64,000 bases of DNA from Clostridiales bacterium. Lineage in GTDB: Bacteria > Acidobacteriota > Aminicenantia > Aminicenantales > UBA8522. Below, one piece after another: positions 25,881 to 34,932 of the stretch. The translations under genes were made by a program, and so were the position numbers. How positions within the stretch are numbered: the first letter of the stretch is position 1; each line of letters opens with the position of its first letter. Location: NCBI GenBank assembly GCA_029907205.1, contig JARYMI010000008.1, positions 20,031 to 84,030 of the forward strand, written 5' to 3'. The notes below the pieces were generated by a model. It was not told the origin of the DNA and did not search any database. It saw nothing but the letters and a program-made list of their open reading frames with translations.

Positions 25881-27062
25881 ATGAAAAGAGTTTATCTCGA
25901 CCACATCGCGGCCACACCTGTCGAGCCGCGCGTCGTCGAAGCCATGTTGCCTTTTTTAAAGGAAAAGTTTGGCAACCCCCAGAGCCTCCATTCGGAAGGG
26001 CAGGAAGCCCTCGAAGCAATGGAGGAGGCGCGAGCTAAAGTGGGGAAGCTTATCGGAGCGTCAAGCGAGGAAATCTTCTTCACCGCTTCCGGGTCTGAAG
26101 CCAATAATTTCGCCCTGAAAGGGCTAGCGCTGGCCAGGCGGGAAAAAGGGAACCATGTTGTCGTTTCGGCCGTTGAGCACCAATCCGTTCTCTCTTCAGC
26201 CAGGAATCTGGAGAAATTCGGGTTCTCCTCGACTCTCGTCCCCGTGGACCGGCACGGGCTTGTCGACCCAGAAGATGTCAAGAGGGCGATCAAGAAAGAG
26301 ACTGTCCTCGTTTCAGTCATGTTGGCCAACAGCGAGGTGGGGACGGTTGAGCCTTTGGCCGAAATAGCCCGGGTGTGCCGCGATGCGGGCGTTCCAGTCC
26401 ACACGGATGCCATAGCCGCCGTGGGAAATATTCCTGTCGATGTTGACGCGCTCGGGGTTGACTCTCTCAGCCTTGCAGGTGACCAGTTCTATGGCCCAAA
26501 GGGGAGCGCCGCGCTTTTTGTCCGAAAAGGAACGAGGATCTTGCCTCTTGTGGACGGCGGCATCCAGGAAGGCGGACGACGTGCCGGCACGGAGAACGTG
26601 GCCGGAGTCGTTGGCCTGGGCAAAGCAGCGGAAATTGCCATAAGCGGATTGCCAGAACGGATGATAAGAATGGGACAGCTTCGCGATCGGTTGATCGACG
26701 CGCTGCCGCGGCTCGTGGATCATGTCCTCCTCACCGGACACAGAGAGAAGCGGCTGCCCCACCACGCCAGCTTCTGTGTGCGATTTGTCGAAGGCGAGGC
26801 TATGCTTCTTAGCCTGGATATGAAGGGCGTTGCCGCGTCGAGCGGCTCGGCCTGCACCTCGAGAGCGCTCAAAGCGTCTCATGTCCTCCTGGCCATGGGC
26901 GTTGACCATGCCCTGGCCCAGGGATCGCTCGTTTTTAGCATGATCGACGGCGCGACCGAAGAGGACGTTGATTATCTCCTCGACGTTTTCCCGCCGATTG
27001 TCGAAAGGCTGCGCAAGATGTCGCCCCTCTACACAGAATTCATGAAGGAGAGCAGGAAATGA
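25881..27062 (+). CDS. nifS: Cysteine desulfurase (NifS/IscS, class V aminotransferase)
   Basis: 393 aa. Catalytic loop SSGSACTS and a PLP-fold N-terminus (YLDHIAATP). Confidence 0.92.
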   Translation: MKRVYLDHIAATPVEPRVVEAMLPFLKEKFGNPQSLHSEGQEALEAMEEARAKVGKLIGASSEEIFFTASGSEANNFALKGLALARREKGNHVVVSAVEHQSVLSSARNLEKFGFSSTLVPVDRHGLVDPEDVKRAIKKETVLVSVMLANSEVGTVEPLAEIARVCRDAGVPVHTDAIAAVGNIPVDVDALGVDSLSLAGDQFYGPKGSAALFVRKGTRILPLVDGGIQEGGRRAGTENVAGVVGLGKAAEIAISGLPERMIRMGQLRDRLIDALPRLVDHVLLTGHREKRLPHHASFCVRFVEGEAMLLSLDMKGVAASSGSACTSRALKASHVLLAMGVDHALAQGSLVFSMIDGATEEDVDYLLDVFPPIVERLRKMSPLYTEFMKESRK

Positions 27063-27631
27063 TGTACAGCGAGAAAGTCATGGAACATTTCCAGAATCCC
27101 CGCAATGTCGGGGTGATCAAGGAGGCCGATGGCATCGGCCAGGTCGGCAACCCGGTTTGCGGCGATATGATGACCTTCTATATAAAAGTCAAAGACAACA
27201 GGCTCGAGAATATCAAGTTCCAGACGTTTGGCTGCGGCGCGGCTATCGCTGTCTCCAGCATGATCAGCGAAATGGCGATGGGCAAAACGCTGGAAGAGGC
27301 GATGAAGATCACCAACGAAACCGTGGCCGAAGAGCTGGGAGGATTGCCCAAGAACAAGCTTCACTGCTCGAACCTGGGAGCAGATGCCCTCCATGCGGCG
27401 ATCGAAGATTTTAGGAAAAAGCAGGCCATGACAAAAAAAGAGGAGGGGACCGGCGCCTCTCCGGGAGCGGAGGAATGTTACTGTCCCTACTGTGAGGGGC
27501 CGATCGAAGGCCTGGAAGAGTATTGCCAGAGCTGCCAGGTTGAGCTCGAGGAATGCCCGCATTGCGGAACCCTCACAAAGAAAGGCGGGGATACGTGCGT
27601 CAATTGCGGGGCCGAACTCAAGCCCGTGTGA
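27059..27631 (+). CDS. iscU: IscU/NifU-N Fe-S scaffold with a C-terminal double zinc-ribbon extension
   Basis: Scaffold cysteines NPVCGD, FGCGAAIA and LHCS. Residues ~140-183 add CYCPYC...CQSC...CPHC...CVNC. It overlaps nifS by 4 nt. Confidence 0.88.
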   Translation: MMYSEKVMEHFQNPRNVGVIKEADGIGQVGNPVCGDMMTFYIKVKDNRLENIKFQTFGCGAAIAVSSMISEMAMGKTLEEAMKITNETVAEELGGLPKNKLHCSNLGADALHAAIEDFRKKQAMTKKEEGTGASPGAEECYCPYCEGPIEGLEEYCQSCQVELEECPHCGTLTKKGGDTCVNCGAELKPV

Positions 27632-27691
27632 ATCCTCACTTGCGGTCGGAGAAAGAAACGAGTGAAGGGCTGAGTGGAGCTTGAGTTAGCC

Positions 27692-28597
27692 ATGATCAAA
27701 GAAGAGGCCGTTTCAAGGATCAAGAAGCTTAAACAAGAAAGGAAGGCCGTCATCCTGGCCCATAACTACCAGATTGGCGAAGTCCAGGATGTTGCCGATT
27801 TCACCGGTGATTCGCTTGGGCTAAGCCAGGAAGCGGCCAAAGTCGAAGCAGAGACAATCGTCTTCTGCGGCGTCCATTTCATGGCTGAGACTGCGGCGAT
27901 TCTCTCGCCCCGCAAGATCGTCCTTCTCCCTGACCCCCACGCCGGCTGCCCGATGGCGGCGATGATTACCGGCCAGGAGCTAAGGGACTGGAAGAAAAGA
28001 TATCCCGGCCGGAAGGTTGTCTGCTACGTCAACACAACCGCCGAGGTCAAGGCCGAATCAGATGTCTGCTGCACGTCATCCAACGCGGTCCGCGTCGTCA
28101 ACTCTATTCCAGACGAGGAGATTCTTTTTGTGCCGGATAAAAACCTGGCGGTATACGTGGGCCGCCAGACGGGCAAGAAGATAATCGCCTGGGATGGCTA
28201 TTGTTACGTTCACAACCGGATTTATGCTCGAGACGTCTTGGAAAAGAAACGTCTTTACCCTGATGCCGAGGTCTGGGTTCATCCTGAATGTCGGCCCGAG
28301 GTCATCGACCTGGCGGATCAAGTCTTGTCCACGGGGACGATGGTCAAGGCGGCGCGGGAGACGACGAGACGGCAAGTCATTGTGGGTACCGAAGCTGGAA
28401 TCATTTACCGGCTCAAGAAAGAAAACCCGAAGACGGAATTTTATCCGGTCAAGGAGATGGCCTTTTGTTCCAACATGAAAAAAATTAACCTGAAGAAGGT
28501 CTGGAAGGCCCTAGAAGAGATGAAGTTCCGGGTCGAGGTCTCGCCGGAGATCAGCCGGAAGGCGAGAGGGGCCATCGAAAAAATGATCGCTATTTAA
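27692..28597 (+). CDS. nadA: Quinolinate synthase
   Basis: AVILAHNYQ, FCGVHFMAET and HPEC motifs. The start could instead be the GTG at 27674. Confidence 0.9.
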   Translation: MIKEEAVSRIKKLKQERKAVILAHNYQIGEVQDVADFTGDSLGLSQEAAKVEAETIVFCGVHFMAETAAILSPRKIVLLPDPHAGCPMAAMITGQELRDWKKRYPGRKVVCYVNTTAEVKAESDVCCTSSNAVRVVNSIPDEEILFVPDKNLAVYVGRQTGKKIIAWDGYCYVHNRIYARDVLEKKRLYPDAEVWVHPECRPEVIDLADQVLSTGTMVKAARETTRRQVIVGTEAGIIYRLKKENPKTEFYPVKEMAFCSNMKKINLKKVWKALEEMKFRVEVSPEISRKARGAIEKMIAI

Positions 28598-28609
28598 AGG
28601 GAGGATAGA

Positions 28610-29113
28610 ATGAAAAAAATGACGGAAGAGAACCTCAAGAATGCGTATGCTGGCGAAAGTCAGGCCCACCTAAAATACCTGGCGTTTGCCGATGCTGCAG
28701 AAAAAGAGAAACTGGATAATGTGGCCAGGCTTTTCCGGGCCGCGAGCTTCTCTGAACAGGTCCATGCCGTTAACCACTTGCGAACGCTTAGCGGAATCAG
28801 AAAGACAGCCAACAACCTTGAGGCGGCCATGGACGGCGAGAATTTCGAGGTCGCGGAAATGTACCCTGCCTACATGCTGGTGGCCGAGAGTCAGGGGGAG
28901 AAAGCGGCTGTGATGTGGCTTAACGCCGCTCTGCAGGCCGAAAAAGTCCATGTCGGTCTTTACAAGAAGGCCAAAGAAGCCGTTGATGAGGGCAAGGACC
29001 TGGATTCTTTTGCTGTTCATGTCTGTTCGGTTTGCGGGTTCACGGTCGAGGGAGAGGCTCCGGAGAAATGTCCCATCTGCGGCGCTCCCAGAGAAAAATT
29101 CGTTAAATTTTAG
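28610..29113 (+). CDS. rbr: Rubrerythrin
   Basis: N-terminal diiron ferritin-like domain (NLKNAYAGESQAHLKY), plus a C-terminal rubredoxin-like CSVCG...CPICG. Confidence 0.9.
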   Translation: MKKMTEENLKNAYAGESQAHLKYLAFADAAEKEKLDNVARLFRAASFSEQVHAVNHLRTLSGIRKTANNLEAAMDGENFEVAEMYPAYMLVAESQGEKAAVMWLNAALQAEKVHVGLYKKAKEAVDEGKDLDSFAVHVCSVCGFTVEGEAPEKCPICGAPREKFVKF

Positions 29114-29123
29114 AATATAAGAA

Positions 29124-29792
29124 ATGGAACAGGCTGGAAAGAGAATCAGAAAGATCATTCAGATCCTTAGAGAAGAATACCCAGCTAGCCGCACGGCTCT
29201 GACTTTCGAAACGCCGCTCCAGATTCTCGTCGCCACGATTCTGGCTGCCCAGTGTACGGACGAGAGAGTGAACAAAATCACGCCCACTCTATTCAAGAAA
29301 TATCCGACTGTGGCTGACCTCGCCCGGGCAGACCGGGAGGAGCTGGAGAACATCATCCGGCCGACGGGTTTTTTCCGCAACAAGGCCAAGAGCATTATTG
29401 CAGCGGCCAAGAAGATCGTCGGGGATTTCGGCGGCCGGGTCCCTGACCAGATGGATGACCTTATCACCATTCCGGGCGTGGCCAGAAAGACAGCCAATAT
29501 CGTTTTGTCTTCTGGTTATGGGAAGGCAGAGGGCATCGCTGTTGACACGCACGTCCGGAGGCTTTCAGGCAGGCTGGGCCTGAGCTCGGAAAGCGACCCA
29601 GATAAAATCGAAAGGGACTTGCTGGCCGTTGTGCCGAAGGGAGACTGGCTCGACTTCACCTACATGCTGGTCAATCACGGCCGGAGAGTCTGCCAGGCGC
29701 GGAAGCCCCGCTGCCAGGAATGCGCCCTGCGCACGCTCTGTGCTTCGGCCGATGAATTTTACCCAAACATTGAATCCAAGGCCCGGGCCTGA
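29124..29792 (+). CDS. nth: Endonuclease III (DNA glycosylase/AP lyase)
   Basis: HhH-GPD motif LITIPGVARKTANIVL and a 4Fe-4S cluster loop CQARKPRCQECALRTLC. Confidence 0.92.
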   Translation: MEQAGKRIRKIIQILREEYPASRTALTFETPLQILVATILAAQCTDERVNKITPTLFKKYPTVADLARADREELENIIRPTGFFRNKAKSIIAAAKKIVGDFGGRVPDQMDDLITIPGVARKTANIVLSSGYGKAEGIAVDTHVRRLSGRLGLSSESDPDKIERDLLAVVPKGDWLDFTYMLVNHGRRVCQARKPRCQECALRTLCASADEFYPNIESKARA

Positions 29793-29839
29793 AAACAAGC
29801 GGCAGGGCGGTGCCCGGCTGAAAAAAGGAGGGCCAGAGA

Positions 29840-30850
29840 TTGATAAAAGAGGCCATGCTCTACCGTCCTCTTGACGAGGGGAGAGTGGAGTGCGCGCTCT
29901 GCGGCCACCGCTGCGAGGTCGCCCAGGGAAAGTTCGGCGTTTGTGGGGTGCGCGAAAACAAAGACCAGAAGCTTGTGACCCATGTCTATGGCGAGGTTAT
30001 CGCTGCTCACATCGACCCGATCGAAAAAAAACCTCTCTATCATTTTCAGCCCGGCTCGACCTCTTTTTCCATCGCCACGGTGGGCTGCAATTTTCGCTGC
30101 CCTTTTTGCCAGAACTGGCAGATTTCTCAGGTGACAAAAAAAGACAGAGAATTCCGGGAAGGATACAAGCTCTCGCCAGAGGAGATCGTGGAGCAGGCCA
30201 GGAGCAGCGGCTGCCGGAGCATCTCTTATACATATACTGAGCCGACGATTTTTTTCGAGTACGCTTATGACACCGCCAGGCTCGGTCGGACGGCAGGACT
30301 GGCCAATGTTTTTGTCACCAACGGGTACATGACCGCTGAGGCGCTGGAGACAATAAAGCCTTTTCTCGATGCCGCTAACGTTGATCTTAAAGCGTTTCGC
30401 GACGAAACCTATAAAAAAGTTTGCGGCGCCAGGCTTGAACCGGTCCTCGAGTCGATCCGCCTGATGAGGAAGTTAGGGATCTGGGTTGAAGTGACCACGC
30501 TCGTCGTCCCGGGGATGAACGACGGCGACGACGAGCTGGGGGACATCGCTCGGTTTATCGCCTCAGTCAGTCCTGATATCCCCTGGCACATCAGCCGATT
30601 TCATCCTGATTACAAATACACAGACGCCCGGGCAACGCCCCTCGCGACTCTAAAGAGGGCTTTTTCTTTGGGAAAGGGAGCAGGACTCAAGTACGTGTAC
30701 ATCGGCAATGTGTGGGAAGAGTCTGAGGATACGCGCTGCCCGAAATGCCAGAAGCTTATCCTGCGCCGGAGTGGTTTTTATGTTGAAAAAAACGCCATCA
30801 AGGACGGAAAATGCCCTGACTGCGGCACGTTCATTGCCGGAGTGTTTTAG
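29840..30850 (+). CDS. Radical SAM enzyme of the AmmeMemoRadiSam / PflA-like activase type
   Basis: N-terminal CALCGHRC, DPIEKKPLYHF, and the radical SAM box CNFRCPFCQNWQIS. AGGAGG lies 9 nt upstream of the TTG at 29840; the ATG at 29855 is an alternative start. Confidence 0.8.
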   Translation: MIKEAMLYRPLDEGRVECALCGHRCEVAQGKFGVCGVRENKDQKLVTHVYGEVIAAHIDPIEKKPLYHFQPGSTSFSIATVGCNFRCPFCQNWQISQVTKKDREFREGYKLSPEEIVEQARSSGCRSISYTYTEPTIFFEYAYDTARLGRTAGLANVFVTNGYMTAEALETIKPFLDAANVDLKAFRDETYKKVCGARLEPVLESIRLMRKLGIWVEVTTLVVPGMNDGDDELGDIARFIASVSPDIPWHISRFHPDYKYTDARATPLATLKRAFSLGKGAGLKYVYIGNVWEESEDTRCPKCQKLILRRSGFYVEKNAIKDGKCPDCGTFIAGVF

Positions 30851-30907
30851 CGGCGCGTCAGGGCTTTCCAGGATAAGCCCGGAAAAAGCCTTTTGTTCAG
30901 ACAGAGG

Positions 30908-32320
30908 ATGAACACGCTAAGCGGCCCGAAAAGGACGAGACCTCATGATCCAAGTGGTCAGAAGCAAGGGCTCGGCCTGCTCACCGACCTCTACGAGTTG
31001 ACCATGGCGGCCTGCTATGTTGAGAACCGGATGTTCGAGCGGGCTGTCTTCAGTCTTTTCGTCCGCGACTATCCGCCCCATCGGCGCTATTTTGTTGCGG
31101 CCGGACTGGAGGATGTCCTTCGCTATCTTCAGGACCTGAAATTTGGCGACACGGACCTGGCTTATCTTGCGAAGCTGGGCTTGTTCAAGGACGAATTCCT
31201 GTCTTTCCTCGAAAACTTTCATTTTACCGGAGATGTCTGGGCTATCCCTGAAGGCAGGATTTTCTTCGCCAACGAACCCATACTGGAAGTCGAGGCGCCG
31301 CTTGTCGAGGCCCAGGTCGTGGAAACATTCGTCATCAACGCCGTCAACCTCCAGGCAATGATCGCCACGAAAGCTTCCCGTTGTTTCCATGTCTCTGAGG
31401 GACGAAAGCTCGTGGATTTTTCTTTGCGCAGGACTCATGGGACGGACGCCGGACTGAAGGCGGCAAGAGCAAGTTTTATCGGCGGGTTTGCCGGCACGAG
31501 CAATGTCCTGGCCGGAAAGCTCTACGGTCTGCCCGTTTTTGGGACCATGGCTCATTCATTCATTACGAGCTTCAGCAGGGAGACAGAGGCTTTTCGCGCC
31601 TTCGTCCGGGCTTTTCCCGAGCAGGCTGTCCTTCTCGTGGACACGTACGATACCCTGGCTGGCGCGCGCAAAGCAGCCGAACTGGGAAAGGAGATGGCAG
31701 CCACAGGCAAAAAGCTGCTCGGTGTCAGGCTTGACAGCGGGGATATTGCCGCGCTGAGCAAGAAGGTCAGGCGGATTCTGCGACGGGCCGGCCTTTCTCA
31801 GGCCTCGATTTTTGCCAGCGGGGCCTTTGACGAGTACAAAATCCATGAGGTCCTTCGCCGCGGCGGCGATGTCGATGCTTTTGGTGTCGGGACAAAGATG
31901 GGAGTCTCCTCAGACGCCCCCTACCTCGACATGGCCTACAAGATGGTCGAGTATGCCGGTCAGCCGGTTCTGAAATTGAGCCCGGGCAAGGAAACTCTTG
32001 TTGGCAAAAAGCAGGTTTTCCGTTTTTCCTCTTTATCCGGCAAAATGCGGAAGGATGTCATAGGGTTAAGAGACGATTCCCTCAAGGGAGGCGAACCGCT
32101 TCTTCGCGAGGTCATGCGCAGCGGGAAGATCGTCGGCCGGTTGCCGTCGCTTCCGGACATCCGGGAGCGATTCCTGGAGGAATTCTCCAAGCTGGATGTT
32201 CGGTACAAGGCCATCAAACGAGAAGAGCCTCGGTTTCCCGTCGAATTGTCGCCGAGACTTTGTCGGCTTCAGGCGCGCGCCACTCAGAGAATCACGCGCC
32301 TGGAACTGGGCGAAAGCTGA
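30908..32320 (+). CDS. pncB: Nicotinate phosphoribosyltransferase
   Basis: LLTDLYELTMAACY, FGTMAHSF and LGVRLDSGD motifs. The start is ambiguous (TTG 30893 or ATG 30908). Confidence 0.85.
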   Translation: MNTLSGPKRTRPHDPSGQKQGLGLLTDLYELTMAACYVENRMFERAVFSLFVRDYPPHRRYFVAAGLEDVLRYLQDLKFGDTDLAYLAKLGLFKDEFLSFLENFHFTGDVWAIPEGRIFFANEPILEVEAPLVEAQVVETFVINAVNLQAMIATKASRCFHVSEGRKLVDFSLRRTHGTDAGLKAARASFIGGFAGTSNVLAGKLYGLPVFGTMAHSFITSFSRETEAFRAFVRAFPEQAVLLVDTYDTLAGARKAAELGKEMAATGKKLLGVRLDSGDIAALSKKVRRILRRAGLSQASIFASGAFDEYKIHEVLRRGGDVDAFGVGTKMGVSSDAPYLDMAYKMVEYAGQPVLKLSPGKETLVGKKQVFRFSSLSGKMRKDVIGLRDDSLKGGEPLLREVMRSGKIVGRLPSLPDIRERFLEEFSKLDVRYKAIKREEPRFPVELSPRLCRLQARATQRITRLELGES

Positions 32321-32752
32321 TCAATAGGAATCGATCCCTTGTGACCTCAGGTAGGCATCGACCGTACCCTCTTCGCCGAGAAGCCCGAGGCAATCCGGAT
32401 GAAGCGGCATCACACCAAAAAGTTCCTGGCCATTTGTATCGATAATCTGGCCGAGAGGGAAGAGGCGGCAGACAAGAGGCCGGTCGGGGTGGACACTGCA
32501 CCCTTCCGGCGTGAGGAAGACACAGCTTCCGTTGGGTTTGAGGCGAAGAACTTTGCCTCCTTTTTCGACATAGACATGCAAGAATGCTGTCGTCGTCAGG
32601 CCGAGGTTTCGAGCGAGGCGGAGCGCTTCGTGGGGATCGATCTGGATGGCCTTGTTGTGGCAGCAGGCGCCACAGACCTGGCATTTGAAAGAAAAAGCAC
32701 TCGACCTGGATAGGTTGAAGACAAAGGAAGATGGGTGGCTGCTGTCGTCCAC
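32321..32752 (-). CDS. YkgJ-family (CxxCxxCC) cysteine-cluster protein
   Basis: FKCQVCGACC...SCVFL...GCSVHPDRPLVCRLFP, the UPF0153-type pattern. Confidence 0.75.
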   Translation of the reverse strand: MDDSSHPSSFVFNLSRSSAFSFKCQVCGACCHNKAIQIDPHEALRLARNLGLTTTAFLHVYVEKGGKVLRLKPNGSCVFLTPEGCSVHPDRPLVCRLFPLGQIIDTNGQELFGVMPLHPDCLGLLGEEGTVDAYLRSQGIDSY

Positions 32753-32913
32753 GGCTCTGTGCTTAAGCCGTTCATGCTAATACAGACAAGAAGAGAAGTC
32801 AAAAACGACCTCCCGGTAGATTTGGTGTGCCGGCATTATCATGTTAAAATAAGAACCAAGCCCAAGGAAACGGCCCTCATGGCTCTTTGATAATTTTTTG
32901 GAACTGGAGCTCA

Positions 32914-33342
32914 ATGGAAAAAAAGTACCGCTTTCTCAACCACACGGCTGATGCCAAGTTCCAGGCTTTCGGCCGCACGCTTGAAGAGGCTTTTTCGAAC
33001 GCTGCGCTGGCCACAGCTTCCCTGATGTGGGATGTGGGTGCGGTGGCCAGGATGGTCAAGCGCCGCGTTTGTGTGGAGGGGAGAGACCTCGAGCAGCTGC
33101 TTCTGCACTTTTTGGAAGAGGTCATTTACGCTTTCGAGACCCAATCGTTTCTCCTGGCTTCTGTGGAGGAGATAAAAATCAAGGCCGTAAAAGGAGGTGG
33201 TTTCTGGCTCAGAGCGGTCTTTGTCGGCGACAACGAGCCGTCCAAGCACAGGCTTCATGGCGAGGTCAAGGCGGTCACTTACAACGAGATGAAAATTGAA
33301 CAGGCCGACTCCGTCACCGTCCAGGTGGTCGTCGACATGTGA
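32914..33342 (+). CDS. Archease (RtcB activator)
   Basis: MEKKYRFLNHTADAKFQAFGRTLEEAF...VKAVTYNEMKI is the archease signature. GGAG RBS. The start was trimmed from 32887. Confidence 0.85.
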   Translation: MEKKYRFLNHTADAKFQAFGRTLEEAFSNAALATASLMWDVGAVARMVKRRVCVEGRDLEQLLLHFLEEVIYAFETQSFLLASVEEIKIKAVKGGGFWLRAVFVGDNEPSKHRLHGEVKAVTYNEMKIEQADSVTVQVVVDM

Positions 33343-33351
33343 GGTGAAACC

Positions 33352-34773
33352 ATGGAGATTCGTCAAATAAGTGAATTCGTCTGGGAGATCCCCAAGTGTG
33401 GCGATATGAGAGTGCCCGCGGTCCTCTACGCTTCGGCTAAACTCCTCGAGAGCGTCAAGCGGGACATGACTCTTCAGCAGGCAAGAAACGTGGCGTGCCT
33501 GCCCGGGATTGAGCGGATGTCCTACGTCATGCCCGACGCCCATCAGGGCTATGGGTTTCCGATCGGCGGTGTGGCCGCCTTCGACATGGATAGAGGGATC
33601 ATCTCGCCCGGAGGAGTTGGTTATGACATCAACTGCGGGGTCAGGCTGCTGAGAACGGATTACACCGAAAAAGACGTCGCTGCCAGGCGGAAAGAGCTGC
33701 TCGCCGAGATCTTCAAGGAAGTTCCCGCTGGGGTAGGGAAAGGAGGGATCACGAAACTCAGCAGGAGTGTCCTGAAGGAAATCCTGACCAAGGGCGCGGA
33801 ATGGGCCGTGGAGAACGGCTATGGAACAAGAGAAGACCTGCTGATGACTGAAGAGGGCGGAAGGATGAAAGACGCAGACCCCAGCCACATTTCCGCGCGT
33901 GCCCTGGAGAGGGGAATTCCCCAACTGGGAACGCTGGGAGCGGGCAATCATTTTCTTGAGATTCAGAAGGTTGCCCACATCTATGACGAAGCGATCGCCA
34001 AGGTCTTCGGGATCGATGCCGAAGGACAGATCCTCGTGATGATCCATTGCGGGAGCCGCGGGCTGGGACACCAGGTGGCTTCCGATTATATCGAGAAAAT
34101 GGAAAATGTCTTTGGGATAAAAGGGCTTCCGGACCGTGAGCTCATCAACGCGCCCATCCGCTCGCCGCTCGGAGAGCAGTACTACAAATCGATGTGCGCA
34201 GCGGTCAACTATGCGTTCACAAATCGGCAGATGATCGCTCACTGGGTGAGGGACGTCTTTGCCAAGGTCATGGGGAGCTCAAAGGGCTTGAGACAGGTCT
34301 ACGATGTTTGCCACAACGTGGCCAAGGTCGAAAAGCACGTGATCAACGGTAAAGAGCGGGAGGTCTGCGTTCACAGGAAAGGCGCAACGCGCAGCTTCGG
34401 CCCGGGACGGCCAGAGATCCCCGAGGTCTACCGGGCTTACGGCCAGCCCGTTATTATCCCTGGAAGCATGGGCACAGCGTCTTATCTGCTTGTCGGAACC
34501 AGAGAAGCAGAAGACCTGAGTTTCAGTTCGACGGCTCACGGAGCTGGAAGAGTGATGAGTCGGCATGAGGCCCTCAGGCGGTTTCGCGGCGAACAGATCA
34601 GGGACGAGCTCGAGAAAAAAGGGATCGAGCTCCAGTCAACGAGCTGGAAGGGAGTGGCCGAGGAGGCCTCAGCCGCGTACAAAGATGTGGATGAGGTTGT
34701 CAGGGTCTCCCATGAAGTCGGCATCGGCCGTCTGGTGGCCCGGGTCGTTCCCGTCGGCGTGATGAAGGGCTAA
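33352..34773 (+). CDS. rtcB: RNA-splicing ligase RtcB
   Basis: MPDAHQGYGFPIGG, GGVGYDINCGVR, HCGSRGLGHQ and the C-terminal AHGAGR motifs. Confidence 0.95.
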   Translation: MEIRQISEFVWEIPKCGDMRVPAVLYASAKLLESVKRDMTLQQARNVACLPGIERMSYVMPDAHQGYGFPIGGVAAFDMDRGIISPGGVGYDINCGVRLLRTDYTEKDVAARRKELLAEIFKEVPAGVGKGGITKLSRSVLKEILTKGAEWAVENGYGTREDLLMTEEGGRMKDADPSHISARALERGIPQLGTLGAGNHFLEIQKVAHIYDEAIAKVFGIDAEGQILVMIHCGSRGLGHQVASDYIEKMENVFGIKGLPDRELINAPIRSPLGEQYYKSMCAAVNYAFTNRQMIAHWVRDVFAKVMGSSKGLRQVYDVCHNVAKVEKHVINGKEREVCVHRKGATRSFGPGRPEIPEVYRAYGQPVIIPGSMGTASYLLVGTREAEDLSFSSTAHGAGRVMSRHEALRRFRGEQIRDELEKKGIELQSTSWKGVAEEASAAYKDVDEVVRVSHEVGIGRLVARVVPVGVMKG

Positions 34774-34932
34774 GAGAAGACAATTTCCCACCGATACCGG
34801 CTATCTCGGGTCCCCTCTAAGAGCGGCCATGAGGAGCCATAATCACCCCAAGAATCATCCTTAGGGGCGATAGACTTATTTTCCCCAATTCAAAGAAAAT
34901 AGTGTCCCGGACACAGAGTCAGGAGACTGCCG

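Noticed and set aside
27632-27691. I looked for an NAD+ (nadA-motif) riboswitch upstream of nadA. An imperfect hairpin CCTCACT...AGTGAAGG is present.
   Set aside because: The gap is only about 60 nt, and I could not recognise the tandem-domain consensus. The hairpin is more simply an iscU-nadA intercistronic structure. A covariance-model scan is needed to be sure.
32753-32913. Sigma-54-like strings (TGGTGTGCCGGCATT and TGGAACTGGAGCTCA) upstream of archease and rtcB.
   Set aside because: The GG-to-GC spacing is wrong and no TTGC -12 element is present.
32911-34242. 443-aa minus-strand ORF covering archease and rtcB. Similar long antisense ORFs occur at 38357-39529 (390 aa), 59873-60802 (309 aa), 58470-59225 and 1551-2084.
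   Set aside because: Each lies opposite a strongly recognisable conserved gene (RtcB, histidine kinase, RpoC, RpoB, TonB receptor). All have biased, low-complexity composition and no family resemblance.
34902-34914. Perfect 13-nt palindrome GTGTCC-C-GGACAC, 19 nt upstream of the cheR start (possible operator).
   Set aside because: Palindromes with 6-bp arms are expected by chance more than ten times in a window of this size. There is no second copy or supporting context.
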